Assembly: GCA_964187785.1 (NCBI GenBank)
Contig: OZ076413.1
Coordinates: 42,844,001-42,908,000 of the forward strand
Origin: Amphiscolops sp. MND2022
Taxonomy: Eukaryota
Length of the DNA: 64,000 nucleotides
Direction: 5' to 3'
In this document: positions 47,581 through 61,149 of the stretch, one piece after another
Numbering within the stretch: position 1 is the first letter of the stretch
How the letters are laid out: each line of letters starts with the position of its first letter
Program-made: the position numbers and the translations under genes
The notes under the pieces: model-generated
The model's input: the letters and a program-made list of their open reading frames with translations, nothing else
Told to the model about the DNA's origin: nothing
The model's database searches: none

Positions 47581-50500
47581 TTTCGGAAGGGAGGAAAATA
47601 TTGGATTTTTGAAGACCACTGAATTTAGTAAAAAAAACATTCACGGAACTTTGTCGCTATCAATTTCGGAACAATACAAGTTATCAACTGATTATTTAGA
47701 ATTGCATCAACTAGATATACCTTCCTAGCACCATTTGTTCCTCACCTAAAAATTCCTAGGAATCGCAAAAATCGGGTTTGTTCATAAGAAATCCTATATG
47801 ATTCAAATTGTTTCAGCCCTTTGTCGATAAATCAGGATTTGAAATTTCTAACAGCGTCACATGATCGTCACAATTGTTGAAAACATTTTTGTTAATTCAC
47901 ATCTACTTCCTGTTTTGCTTTCAAAAGGCGGCAAAATAGAAGTCTGCTTGGATATTCTATCGACAAAGGTACGTCGGCATGAACAATTAGTCAGAACCTA
48001 AGCGAAAAGCTACTGGAAAACGCGGTGAAATGTATGACTAATGAATATGACGACGCAACTGAGATGCTGTCAACTGTACTGATATTGGCTATTATGGAGG
48101 AACGAAATGATGCTAAGACTTCCGATTGATTGGTTTCCAATCTACAACTTTAACAAGCATCCAAAATCGTACATATTTCGACAAATAACAAATGTAGAAT
48201 TAACATCACTCAATACATCAAACTTGGCAATTCTATAATTCAACAAAACTAAAAATCAAAACATAAATACTTCTCTGGTACTCCAGATTTAAGCATATCA
48301 TACAATTATAGTAGCTAAAACAATACATGGGATTATCTAGAATAGCGTTGACCTAACGTCATTATTATGTGAGTGTAAAAGAAACTGTACTGTGATTGAT
48401 CTATATGAAATGTAAGTTACACTTGACGTTCTGTCTACGCTATTTCAAGATTACAACGAAAATAGGCTTTGGCCAAACACAATGTAAATCCAATTGGAGT
48501 TTCGACTTTTAAAATCTTTCGCTTACGGCACAGTCTCGTTTGTTTATTGATGAAAGTTAAAAATCAACGCATTGGGTATCTATTCTTAAGTAAAAATCAC
48601 GCAGCGTATCATTAGGAATCATATCTTTGAATCCTTAAACCTTAAAGTGTGACGTAGTGTTGACGTACATATTAAGAGTAGTTATAGCAAGCTAGCTGTT
48701 TGGTAGAGTTAGAGCGGAGCAACCGCCATTCTTAAATTCATTCTTAATGACGTCACTAGAACGATTCTCACTAGCTTGAGCGCAAATAAGCTGGTTATTA
48801 CTGTGATGCTATTGGTCCATCAATTAGAATCACCAGTATTTTGTTGGCTTGAGTGACGTTGCCATAACGCTACAAGAGCTCACTCAAGTTACTTCACAGT
48901 AAATTGAGTGGGCTTTTGTAGCTATTTCAAATACTGAAAACAAATCCTTTGTAATAATTTTATGTCCTTTTCATTTTAGATCGTATGTATTCCGTTGGGG
49001 TTGCGGAATTAAATAATGTTTTTGGTGTTTTCATTTTAGTGTGGAGAGGAAAGAAAATGATCCCAGAATTAGGAATGTTTTCACTTTGATATTTAGATCG
49101 GTATGAAATCTTTAACAGAAGAAACCGGAAATGAATGATGAAATCGTTGTGTATGAAAACTCTAAACCGGAAGTTTCATTTTATCTAAGAATCATTTTTG
49201 GCTAGTTTACGTTGCGCGTACGTCGACCTTCTTACTTAAATTTACCACTTCGCTGTTAGACTGCACCGTAAGTAAGATTTTACTAACAAATTACTGCGCC
49301 TGGGAGTAGCCATGTCCCATTCCTTTTGATTGTCTATGAATGCCATGCTGGCAGTACGTACACCAGCCGGGAGCGGGCTGTGACATCATGTCAAAATTAT
49401 ATCCAAGTAACGGATGATTTATTCGGTGAAATTGTCCAAAATTTGTATTATCGTAAAATATGTATAAGTTTACATAACTAGAGTTACAATACAGTCTGAG
49501 TTTTTGCTGTATAATGTTTGTATAGACGGTTTGGAGCTTCCTTTGCATTCAGTGCTGCACACCGGGTCCAACGCAAGCTCCAAGCTGCAATACCATATTC
49601 TCGCTTGAAGTTGCGCTAGAACCTAGAAAAAGTTTTCACCAAAAGCAACTTCATGATTTTTTGCGGAGGAATCTTTCAAAAATTCAAAGTTGATCACTGT
49701 TTTTCTTCGATCTCATATATCTCAGAACCAAACCAATGCCAGAGTTCTTGGTTTCGTAAAATGCACCAAGTTTTCGTAGACTGCATTTTAGCCTCAATTT
49801 GATAAGTTTTTCTTTCATTTTTGTTTTTCTATGGCAAAAAAATGGCTGAAAAAAGTCTATTTTTGACCATATTGTAGCTCATTTTCCTCAGGTTTGAAAA
49901 TAGATACGGAAACTATTCATTCTCATAGAGAAAGTACGGAAAAGATGTCGGAATTTTTGTTCAATCAAAGTTTCCGTCATCAAGTTTGACCCCTCCGTTT
50001 TTTTGGCAAAGGTACTTGGATGTTTTGTTGTTTCTAAGTTCTTCCAGCAAAAATTCCAAATCTGAGACTAGATAGTTCAAAGTTTGTAGGCCCTGGAATA
50101 TACACATATCGTAGCGCCGTAGTCACGCCATGAACGTTCCTGATCTAAAGCCAAGCGCGACATACCGTCACGCCTATGTTTTCCAATGGCGGTCCTATGT
50201 TTTCAAATTATGATCTACAGACGTAATTTGACTCAGATGATACAATCATGGGCGATAATTTCATCGATCAAACCGCACATTGTCTGTAAGCAAAAAGCAA
50301 CGAAAAAGTCACAAACCATAAATTCTTCAGCGGGCACCTTATATCATTGTCTAACTGCTAGAAAGATGTTTACAAATACATTGATAGCTTCATAGAATTC
50401 CAGCAAAAAAGGCGTTTACCCTTCGTTGTTTCTAATGACTGATTTCCATGAAAATATTTATTTTCTAGAATGGTTTTTGGGTAATCTACAAACAGCTCAG

Positions 50501-52639
50501 AATTCAAAACGAATTCGTTTTCGACGAAGATACGACTTTCATGGTGAACAAGTAGTCTTCTATTATCGATTCATTTTTCAAATGAGCAGGAAGATTTAAT
50601 CTCAATTGCGCTTTGGAAGCAATTGCTCAATGTTTTACTAAAAAGGGAGAGATCATTCCACAGAATTCAACCAGGAAAAAAGTTTGCAGCACTTCTTGGA
50701 TGAGGTGTTTGAACTTCTATGAGACAAAGGAAAGAGTTTCCAAAAAGTGCCAAATGCGCCAAAAAGTTCATTTTCTGGCCATTTCATGCTTTTTCCAAAA
50801 ATAGGTCGGTAAAATTAGCCACAGAACTTTCAAGTTTTTGTGCAAGCTCAGTAGTGTATCTGCTACGCTCGAGCCCTAAAAGTAAAGTACCGCTGAAGTA
50901 ATTCAGGGCAGAAACCTTCCCAGTGCTCAGAGGGTGCCTCATTGAAATGTGATTATGACTTGTTCAATAATAGTTAGACGTATGTAACACAGACAGATTT
51001 GGATGGTATTTCATCATTTATGTTTTTCAAGTTATAACTATTTGATAATTTTACTAATGGAATCAAATAGTTTTTCAATGAGAAAATCTTGAACTAATGC
51101 AAGCAATGATGTCATAATAATTTATAAACTAACCTCGCAAACGAAGCGATGAAATTATAGAAACTTTTGGGAAAAAGGCTAGCTAATGACAGTCCAGCAA
51201 TTTCGCACAGACTGAATAGTCCAAAAAGTTTAATAGTCGGCTTGTTTTCTAGTAATTTCGGGCAGTTTTCTGCAAATGGCGACAGGATATGACAATTGAG
51301 ATAAGAAGGCTCCAGTCACAAAGGCAAAAGAAATTTTACTTAGCATATTTGAGTAGATGTTTTGATCTGATGAGCGACAACCTTTTAATCAAGGATAGTT
51401 CAACGTAGACTTACTTACAAATCCGGTTGTACCCAATCTACGCATCGAAAGTCTAGGTGCTGCGGCGTAACTTTGCAAACATGGATGAAAAAGGGTTCTT
51501 CTTGAGAAATGTGATCAGTAATATTTAACAATATTTACTAACATATGTGTTATACACAAGGAGGGGTAAATATTGTGAAGTACAAAGTAAAATGTTGCGA
51601 TTTCATCAAACACGGATGCATTGAAACGTGGAGATGATGAGAAATTGTCGAAGATCAAAGAGAAAGAACCCCGCTGTGATCTTTGAAGTCGCTCCGCCTT
51701 GTAGAGTAAGCTCTTGAGATTTCACTTTCTTAATTTTCTTTCAACTCTTAGTCAAGAGATAAATTGACAAGTTAATAATCAAGTATTCATAATCTTGTCA
51801 ACAATGTAGTTACGCTTCAGACAACCTTAAGAGCATATTCGCGCTGAGTTGAAACACTTTTGAACCGAAACTTCCCGGAAATCACTCTTTTGATGCTGTG
51901 ATTTTTAATAACGGATAGAACTACAGATGAAAGTTGAAGCTGTACAAGTTGCCATAGTCTGGTGCTAAAACATTTGGACTTTTCTTTTGTTGTTCCAGTA
52001 GACTTTATTTTTTCTAAATTTTCTCCGATTGTTTGATCTGTTTACTGTAATGATAGTTGATGGGCTCCGCTGTTTCAGCGCTGTTTCATTGATCCTGTGA
52101 ATAACCATTTAGTTCCGCCTTTATATAGTCGGATTAGTTGAAACTTGAAAAAAAACCTTGCACAAAAGTAGATTTCCATCATAACTTCAAGGAAACACGG
52201 CACCGCTATCTTTCCTGAGAACTGTACCTCTAACTTTAAGAATGAAAGATTTGTACAGGCTCCTAAGTAGCTGCAAAACATTCTCACAGGGACAAAACTC
52301 GAAAAATTAGAGAGAATAGTTTACAATCTAAAACACCGAAAATGTAAGTTGCAATGAAATTATTTAGGATGAATATATATAGGATCGGAAATGATAACTT
52401 GAATTCAAAATGAAATTTTCATCCTGCCAACAGCTTCAACCTAAAAATTTTCATTTGTCTCAGCATGCAAACGAGCTTAATCAAACCGTGTATTCAAAAA
52501 GTTCATTAACCACCGCAAGGCTACAACAAGCCGGGAACGACCCAAGTCGGCGCCATAAATAGCAAAAGGACTTCAAAGTGTCAAATATTCTCTTCTACAG
52601 TACCCGCGTGGAGGAAAACACTCATTAGCTCATTTTTCT

Positions 52640-54560
52640 TCCTTATGACCTGTTCGATTTTCTCTCCGTGGTCTCTTGCTCCTAGTGATTAGCGCAAAAT
52701 TCGTTCGAATCGCCTGCTTCTGAATATTGTTGCCGGATTTGTTCTGATTATTTGCAGAGTTCTGTGACTAGTTTTAAAGGTCTTTGAACATTGATCACCC
52801 TTTCCGTCGTTGGCTTCAACAAATTCGCATCAAGTCATCTGAAAAGTGAAGTATAGAGATTTAAAACTACTTTCGAGCGTTTAAATGGTTTTGAAAGGTC
52901 CTCCAAAATCAATTGCAGTTTCTTCATTGCTTTCCTTGAACGTGGTAGCGTACCTAATTTCGTTTGCCCCAATAGAGTTTCAATGTTCCTCCCCGTCTGT
53001 TGACAATATGGGCAGGCTTCTGCAATTGAGACATATTCCCCGTGTAGCCTTGACCACCATAAATTCGAAACAGTAACTAACATAACATGCCTCTCCCGCA
53101 GTTTTTCACTGGACTTTGCAGATTGGGACATTAATATTTGTCTTTCAAAATGGCGTTTTAGAGCAACCTGGCATCTTACACAATGGCGACACTTCTGTCC
53201 CCTTTGACATTTATGACGACAAGCTGTCTGAACGTCTCGTCTGTGATCTTGTCCACTCTTCGAATGTGACCCGCCTTGAGTAGGATTTTGATTCCAGCAT
53301 CCACAGCTTGCTGTATTTGGAGTGTCAAGCGTCTTCTCTTCTGTTGTGTAATATTCGCTCCTTCTCCAAACTCAATTTTGTTTTTATGAAGGTAGTTCTC
53401 CCTATCCTTTAAATATGTTGGGAAACCTTTTATGTACACTTTTCAGTTTTGCTGAGTGTTCTCCTTTTTCACGATGTCACATACAGTGTTTGCACTCTCC
53501 TTTTTCTTGTTTTTACTCTGCTACCCTGAAGATCATATTCGCCTGCCTATCACGCCCAATGAAAGACACACATCTTTCTTCGCACTAGTTCGTGTTCCTT
53601 AGTGATGACTGTTATTAACCCAAGTATATTTAATGCTCGGCCATTGTATTTGAAGTATTATTCCATGTTTTTCAGAAACGGTGTCATGGGTATCAGGTCA
53701 GTGTGCTCGTACAGATCTTCCTTGGTTAGTATTGTCATTGTAATTGGTGACCGTGAAACATCATAATCGAAAAAATTGGTTATCAATTTAATTTCTCTCT
53801 TTATGACGGATGGTTGTATTTTCGTTCCGTTTGAGTGCCAACCCACGTTGTCCTCATCCAGATCTCAGCTACATCTTGAATGCTACGCTTGTTCAGCAAT
53901 CAGCTCCACTCTTCTCATTCCGCCTCTATTAGAGGATCTGCCACTACCTCTGAAAGTCGTAAAATCTGGTCTATTGCAAATCAGCGCAAAGTGGTCAATT
54001 ATTCCAGAGTTCTTGTTTATATTCCATTTTTGGCTCTAAATTTCGAGATGTTATTATGGCAGCATTCAAATCCACATCTCGTGGAAAGGATTTTCGCTAT
54101 ACCAGCAAATGCGGGTTCTGTTTTAACTTCACTTTTCTTCCAACGCTCGATTGTTAACAATTTCCATCTTCAAAGGCCATTGCAAATCAAAATGCTGCTT
54201 CGTCGTTGATTCTTTTGCTCTTTAGTTAAGAATCTCTATTGTACTGTTTTGTGATTCATGCTTTGAATAAATGCGTCCATGAAAAAATTTTCTGTTTGCA
54301 CGCCGAATTCACATTTGGCTGCCAATCCTGTCAGTACATTCTGAAAATGCCTCACCGATTCATTATGTTGATGCTGCATTGAAAAGAATTTTTATCTATC
54401 TAACGTTCCGTTTTGTGACTTCCAAAATGTTTGTTCAGAGTTTTGTTTAGTTTTTGTCATTGTTGCTGTGGCTACTATCATGTATGAGTGTTTGTCAGTC
54501 AAATTCTTTCTGCCCGCTGATCCCAGAGAACGCTGGTCGGACACTTCTCGATTTTTTATC
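52640..54560 (-). mobile_element. Highly decayed Ty3/Gypsy relic related to the other two
   Basis: Fragments: gag-like LTGLAAKCEFG (~54300-54350), protease-like DVSRSPIT, RT start (LLKAGHIRRVD..VVINVKGDRSVAI) and integrase zinc finger LWWSRLH..CPYC. Most of RT/RNase H is deleted. Confidence 0.7.
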
Positions 54561-54727
54561 GTTTTCGGCAAAAAACGCTTTTTATGAGAGCGAATGGTCC
54601 CATTTTTTTATATAGTTTTTGGAACCGTGGATTTTACGATAGTTCAAAAATGTCATTGAGCTTTGTGCACTGTTCTTGGCTTGTTAGTATATGGAATGTT
54701 CTCTGTTAATACAACTAAAAGTTGCTG

Positions 54728-55332
54728 TTTTTTTCGGCAATTCCGAAGAAAAAGCACGACTCTTACAGTGGCTAGTTTTTTTTGTAAGTTCAACGCAATT
54801 GGTCCACTTTTTGTGCATTATGCACTTTTACCCTAAGTACTTTGTACTTCATATTGAACACATGCAAAGTCTATAACATGGATTACAAAACCATTCCAAA
54901 GTAGAAGGGTCCTCGTTTAAACTTTTGTTTTCGACCCTATGAAACTTTCCCTTTTATTAGGTTTTCTGGAACTTTTTTCAAACTTTTTAAATGTCTCCAA
55001 AGGGGCCCGCTCCAATTTTTTTAAATATTTTGTAGCAGAAGGGATGTAAGAAGCCCAAAGGGTCCCCTCTTCAGGGTTTTGGGCACCATGCGACTTACCG
55101 GTTATATTTTTCTTGAAAAAATCTCAGTTTTTTGAAAGGGTTTCGGTTGAGTACGATGGGGTTTTTGCTGTTTCTTGTTGGGGAAAAGTTGATTTTCGAG
55201 TCATATGCGCATCCCTATGGGAACTTTTTGGCACTGTAAAATTGATGAAATTCAGTAGTGACTTTGCATATTCAAAAAAATTAATTGTTTGAACCATAGC
55301 GGAGCGCCGACTTGTGCTGTTCCCGGCTTGTT
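54728..55332 (+). mobile_element. HINE-like element copy
   Basis: 3' end AGCGCCGACTTGTGCTGTTCCCGGCTTGTT. Internal blocks shared with the 15822 and 34784 copies (TTACAGTGGCTAG, TGCGACTTACCGG). Another terminal fragment at 52525-52618. Confidence 0.55.
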
Positions 55333-55943
55333 TCCTGTTGTACTATTTATCATTACATTTGCTTATGCTTTTATTCACAGGTTAAAAAACGAGTGTTTTG
55401 GTAATGACAATGCGGAAACATCACAATATTTTCTTGTGCTCTGTTCGACAGTTTCCCGACATTGAAATGAAAGTTTTTGCATTCGTATGCTTCACGCGGT
55501 ATTACGGCGCAGTATTTACTTCATGGTATTTCACGCCGTATTAGAATTCGCCTTTAATTAAATTCCAAAAACGTTTTGCTGATTATCTAATTAATAGAAA
55601 ATGTTGCTTCAGTACCTGCAATTGCTTATAGCAATCGAAACTAAGAAATCATAAACTTTTTTCTGACGACAAAATTCAGACTGACGATGAACGTTGGATG
55701 AATCTTGAAAAAAGTTGCTATTTCACTACTAATGTAAAGAATGCTACATTATATTGTACAATGTACAATGTACAATACATGATTTAACTCAAACGGTTCG
55801 AGACAACTACGATAAAAGTAAAATTAGTCTTTTTATGGCAAACTTTATAGGGAAAGTGTTGTTTTTGATTCAAAACCACAATTGGTGACACACAAAGCTG
55901 ATCTTGGGAGAAGTATTTGGGTTAATGTTTCAAGTATTTTTCT

Positions 55944-58900
55944 TTATTTTGTGACACAAAACCATTTCACGAGTTTCTCTTGAAACGGCTTCGCAGCCAA
56001 TAAAAATACAAATGGATTCACAGCCGAGAACGAGCATCTGATGAGGTCAGCGTCCACAAAAATCCGATTGATCAAAAAGTCGTATTTCATTCCGGTGATA
56101 ATAGAAATACCTCCTACGTCGAATATCGCCCTGTATACATTCACCACGAAAAGTGGGCTCCACAGAATCACCCAGACAAGCCAACTGACGAAGAAAATCA
56201 AGGTCAGTTGCTTTGCTTTTTTACTCATAGACTGAGAAGTTTTGAGAGTTGACACAACTTTGACATAGCATGTCAAACAGACGATGGCAGGTATGAGAAA
56301 ATATGCAAGTTCGTATATAAGTAAACGTAGAATGTCTGGCATCTTGTCGACGATGCATTTCCCCATGTTTTTTTCGAAGTCCTCGGAGATTTTGGTCAGA
56401 TACTTTTTAAATACATTTTAAATATTTTAAATCTTTAAAAAGGAATAGAAACTCAACCAACATAGAAGAACTCGTAAAGTGAAAAGCATTCAATTTATCA
56501 GAAAAATGAAGAGATAGTTTGAAGCATTTAAACTTCGGAAAACCTACGGAAGTCTTCGCCCGTACTGAGACCCCGCAACTTTTTCCGATGGGCATCGATA
56601 GACGATCGATGGCCATCGATGGGATTTAAATTATCGCCCAGCGCATGGGGGCAGTTGTGGAGCATTTTTGGGTTAAATATATCTAATTTTGACCTACTCT
56701 CTTTTCCTTTTGAGCCTGAGCAAGCTTTCTCGAGCCTGAAAATCACTTATATCGGAGCCTTGTCCTTGAATTGTTTGAAAAAGTTGAAAAACCTGGCAAA
56801 ATTGCAATTGTTCGCATAAAAATGCGACGGAATCGAGCTTCAATATCTGAAATATGCAGAAAATTGACTCTTAAAATACGTTTTTGTATCAAAAAATTTG
56901 GAAGTTTTTCTCTGGAAAAGTAGGAAAACATTGCAAAACTGCAATTATGCGTATGAAAAGGCGACGGAATCGAGCTTCCATTGCAGAGAAAACCATCTGC
57001 TTGTAAGAAGAAAACATCTGAAATATGCAGAAATTTGACTGAAAATACTGTTTTTGTATCAAAAAATTTGGGGTTTTTCCTTGGAAAATCAACAGAATCC
57101 GGTTTTTCACAAAGGTAAATAATATGGATAACTATGTATAACTTCATTTCTGAATAAAATATTTGGGCACCCTCGAAATCCCAAACAAAGTTTAAATTGA
57201 CTGAATGAAAAACTTAAATGGCCAGAGTTTTGTAAAAATTTTGAACATGGCCAAGTCGAACGAATTTTTGTGATGGAATTAACGTTAGAAATCCTCATCG
57301 ATGCCCATCGATGGACCATTGATGGCCATCGATGGGCCCCATGGGACTGCGATGGCCATCAATGAACTGCGATGGGATCTCAGTACGGGCGGTATTTAGA
57401 TTGAATAAAAATATAATTGTTTCTGAACGAAAAGTTCGAGTTTCCTTGTTGGATTCGATCGAGTAAATATTGTTGTTGGCTTTTCAAATAATGAATGATT
57501 GGAATTGGAAAACACTTTTTGAACAACAAATTTTGAATCTGATGAATTCTTTGAGCTAAAAAGCGCATCTTGATCGAAGTATCAGCTAAACAGAGTTTTC
57601 ATTAAACGAACGAGCGTAGAGTATAGCTGTAAACTATCGAAATTCATAGTGTTCCATTTTTGGCTCCGTGAAGATTGACCGGTTGTCGTTTCAGACGATG
57701 AATTGGTCAAAGAAGCTTAACGGTTAAGTCTTTTACTGGAGCATAATTTTTCATTTCTCTATTAGCCTTTTTTAAAACCAATTCTGCAAGGAGACCTCTA
57801 CTTCCAAAAACAGCAATCACAGACCGGTTTTCGAAAATAAAAATCAACCTAAAAAGCTGAATCAAACACTACGCATAAAGAAAGTCCGAAGTTAGTATCG
57901 CTATTCGAAGAGGTTCGATCGTTTTTAACTACTTCAACTTTGTGGAATTATTGGTGCCACTATTACTGGAATTATTTTTTTTCATCTTTTTTATCTGACC
58001 ATAGGTCCACAAAGTAAGAGGGCGTCGTTGGACCCGAATGCAATCTTCAACTGCTTATAGATTATGGGTGACTCGTCGTAGGTATTTTTTCGACTATTGT
58101 ACCAGCAAAGGGGAATCAGTAACATCACAACTACAGCCAAAACATACCTTCGTTTCTTTGTCAAAATATCGGCCGCCTCAGTAGCTCGACATACCAGAAT
58201 ATATCTCTCTACTGCAATCATTGTCATACAGAAACCCGTGCTGCAAGCATTCAACCACGACAACGAAACAGCCCAGTGGTTTATGTTCTTACCAATTCCA
58301 AAAACATTGTCATCGGAGTTCGCATTAATGTCCTTGTATTTGAACATTGTCCTGAGTTGATCGAAGAACAGGCCATCGAGAAAAAAGTTGTAATATTCGG
58401 TTTTGAAAGGTTCGCCGTCTTCGGAATCGTAAGAGATGTTCTCATAGTAATCTTTCCCCCACAGAGTTCCTTGGAAGCAGTATACCACAACCAAACACAG
58501 AATAAAAACATCGATGGAAGATTGCAGTCCAATGTAGAAAAAGTTCATATTTCTCAAATCCGGGGTGCTTGCTATGATCAAGAGGAGCAAAATGTTCCCC
58601 ACGATTCCAACCAACCAGATAACGAACTAAACATTGAAAAGGAGAACAACCTCAAACTAGTTTGATTCAGAAAGGAAACTTTTTCATTGTGGATCATGAA
58701 TTTGATTAGAAAATAATATGAATGAAAAACTATTCAAGTAGACCTGTACTCAGAATACTTAAGGTAGACCAAGACGAGCCTTCGGCGGAATCAGATACCT
58801 TTTTTTCATAGCAGCGAAAAAAAATTATACAGCTTTGTATTTCATATCAAAAAGTTGTGAAATGATCAGAGGGGCCCTTCGGTTTTTTTGAGTACACTTT

Positions 58901-60065
58901 TCATAATAGTTGGCATTTTCTCTCGAAAACGCTGACTAAAATTCTGGTTCTTCTTTATTTATGCTTGAAGTTAATGTTTACAAAATGAAATTTTACTTGG
59001 TCACAAAATTTGTGGAGCTGGATAGTATGGTACGATAGCTGCGTTCTATAAAACAAGAGGGAAAATTGATCATACAAAAAAATTATTGTTTGTTTCAGCG
59101 CTTGGGACTAACAGTGGAAGAGTAGAGATAGAATTTCTGCTCGGATCCAGTTTCATAGGCCAGTCCCAAATAGTCACCAAACCCGTCATCGAAGATACTT
59201 CCGAACCAATTGGACGAATAATCATATTCGTAATCAGCTGAAAATGAACTTATATGCTAATTCATCGGCCTTCTTCAAAAATAAACCTAACAGTATAAGC
59301 AATGTATAACTTTCAAAAGTGTTTTTAATTTTACTTTGCTTATTGAATGTTTAACAGTTTGAAGGTTATCAAAACTGAAAATTCTACGATATCTGATACT
59401 ATTTCAGTATAGTTTTTCGCCTCGGTTGTAAACGAGACTAAAACTGCCTCTAATACTTTCAGATGTTGAACTGTTTCAATATTTATATTTACATATATTC
59501 TTTTAACATTTTTATGCATCTGAACAAATAAACTTTATTTCTTTCTTTGAAGTTTCTTCTGTATCTACTATTGCCTTGACCATGTGGAAAAGTGACAAAG
59601 TCTCGGTTGTGTTCCTGGTGGAATCCTTCAAAATTTTCAAAGTTTTTCAGGTTTATGTAGGATAATTTTCCATGGGATTTGAGGGATTCCGCGAGTTAGC
59701 TAGGATTTCCAGAATTTGATTCTGCAATGGTTCGCGGGAACTTCTACTAAATCTGTAGATCCTAGCCCTAATGAGCCATAGTTTCTTATAACAAGACGAA
59801 ACATTTCATTACTGTTTCACAATTGTTGAGAAAGTTTCGGCGATGCCTTACTGTTGTCACTGGCTAAAGATTGAGGATTGGCGCTGACTTCTGTTTGGCC
59901 ATTTCTGTCAGTGTCGCCCTCTAGTGGCTCAACCGAGGTGTCATCAGTCCACCAATAATCGTGATTTTCATAATCATAATATTCATAATCTCCAAAAATG
60001 GAAGTTCCAGCCATATACATTTGCAAAAAAGCAGTAATCAGGATTCCTAAAAGATGGGTTGTCAT
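55944..60065 (-). CDS. Orphan rhodopsin-family (class A) GPCR; exons 60065-59852, 59237-59113, 58626-58000, 56402-55944; ~474 aa
   Basis: Signal peptide; TM1 GIVGNILL; LRNMNFFYIGLQSSID; TM3 IAVERY; TM5 YFLIPAIVCLTCY; TM6 ILWSP; TM7 SAVNPFVF. GT-AG junctions in phases 1/0/0 give a 1425-nt ORF. Exons 3-4 are high confidence; exons 1-2 are moderate. Confidence 0.85.
56559..57389. mobile_element. Non-autonomous CMC/EnSpm-like TIR element in GPCR intron 3
   Basis: Perfect TIR CCCGTACTGAGA / TCTCAGTACGGG with CG on both flanks. Sub-terminal CATCGATG palindrome arrays and an internal ~100-bp duplication. Related fragment near 36580-36630. Confidence 0.8.
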
Positions 60066-61149
60066 TTCAGTATGAGAACAGAATTGTTTTTAACTAATGA
60101 TCATCCAAAATAAGGAGATATCTATTGTGTCTTTTCAATACAGTTATCTTGACCGAAAACGAAGGTATCAGGCTACACAATGATTACTAGACAGGTTGTT
60201 TAGTGAATTTTACAAAAACATTTAATACTATATATTAACGAAAGCTTCAAAAACTATGTTCCCTGCAATGCAAGAAAAAAGATGAGTAAAAATTTAGCTA
60301 GAGAAACGTTTTGCCGCTAAATCAAAAAAACTCCGCTTAAATCGACTGTCTAATTTGTCACTTGCTTCGTGAAAGCTGGAGGGCCATAGAAACGGATGCT
60401 ATCAAAAATGAATCTTGATTATGCCCGTTGGTTATAATGGCCTGAATGCAATTATAATGCTGTAATTAGGCTAGGTAAACATTACCAAAACTGCGGTTTT
60501 CAGTTCCACCATCTTTTTATCTACCAGAATAGAGAAGAGAGAAAAAAGTATCAGCGAAGTTATCTTTTTGAAGACTCCCGCTTTCGACTTATGACAGCAG
60601 AAAAACTGTTTGTCTATGAGATGATTGCAACTGATTTAAAAAGCTTGAAAAAGAAACGAAAAACAAAATGACCTTGTGATGTTTTCTGTCACATGCGACC
60701 TCAGTACCACATGAGCAAGAATATCACGAATATCATAAAGTTGGCCCATGCCAATAACCTCGGAATTATTTCCTCATTTTGGCATCGAACAGACTCTACT
60801 GAGATATTTCATCAGTTCAAGGTCATATTCAAGATGGATAAAGTCTCATACTACAGAATTTTAGTGCAACGTTCATGCAAGTTTTCCGTTTTATTCTTTA
60901 ACTAGGTTTTAAGTCGAAGCTTTCGCAGGCGCAATTTTTTTCAAGATCAGCGTATTGATGACAGAGCGTGAAAAAAAATCAGCGTGTACACATTTATTGG
61001 GTTTCGAATCTCTTCAAATGTCGCAGACTGCCGCCTGAGGTGGAAACTACTATACAATTGACCGAAACTGCCCTCTTTATATATATACGGCCTTTTTTGC
61101 GGCATGTTAAGCACCGGTTGACATGATATTGTAGTGAAGTACATCAGTT

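Noticed and set aside
59821..59851. Alternative GPCR exon-1 donor at 59820
   Set aside because: It gives phase 2, which is incompatible with the phase-1 acceptor at 59237. The GTAAGG donor at 59851 fits.
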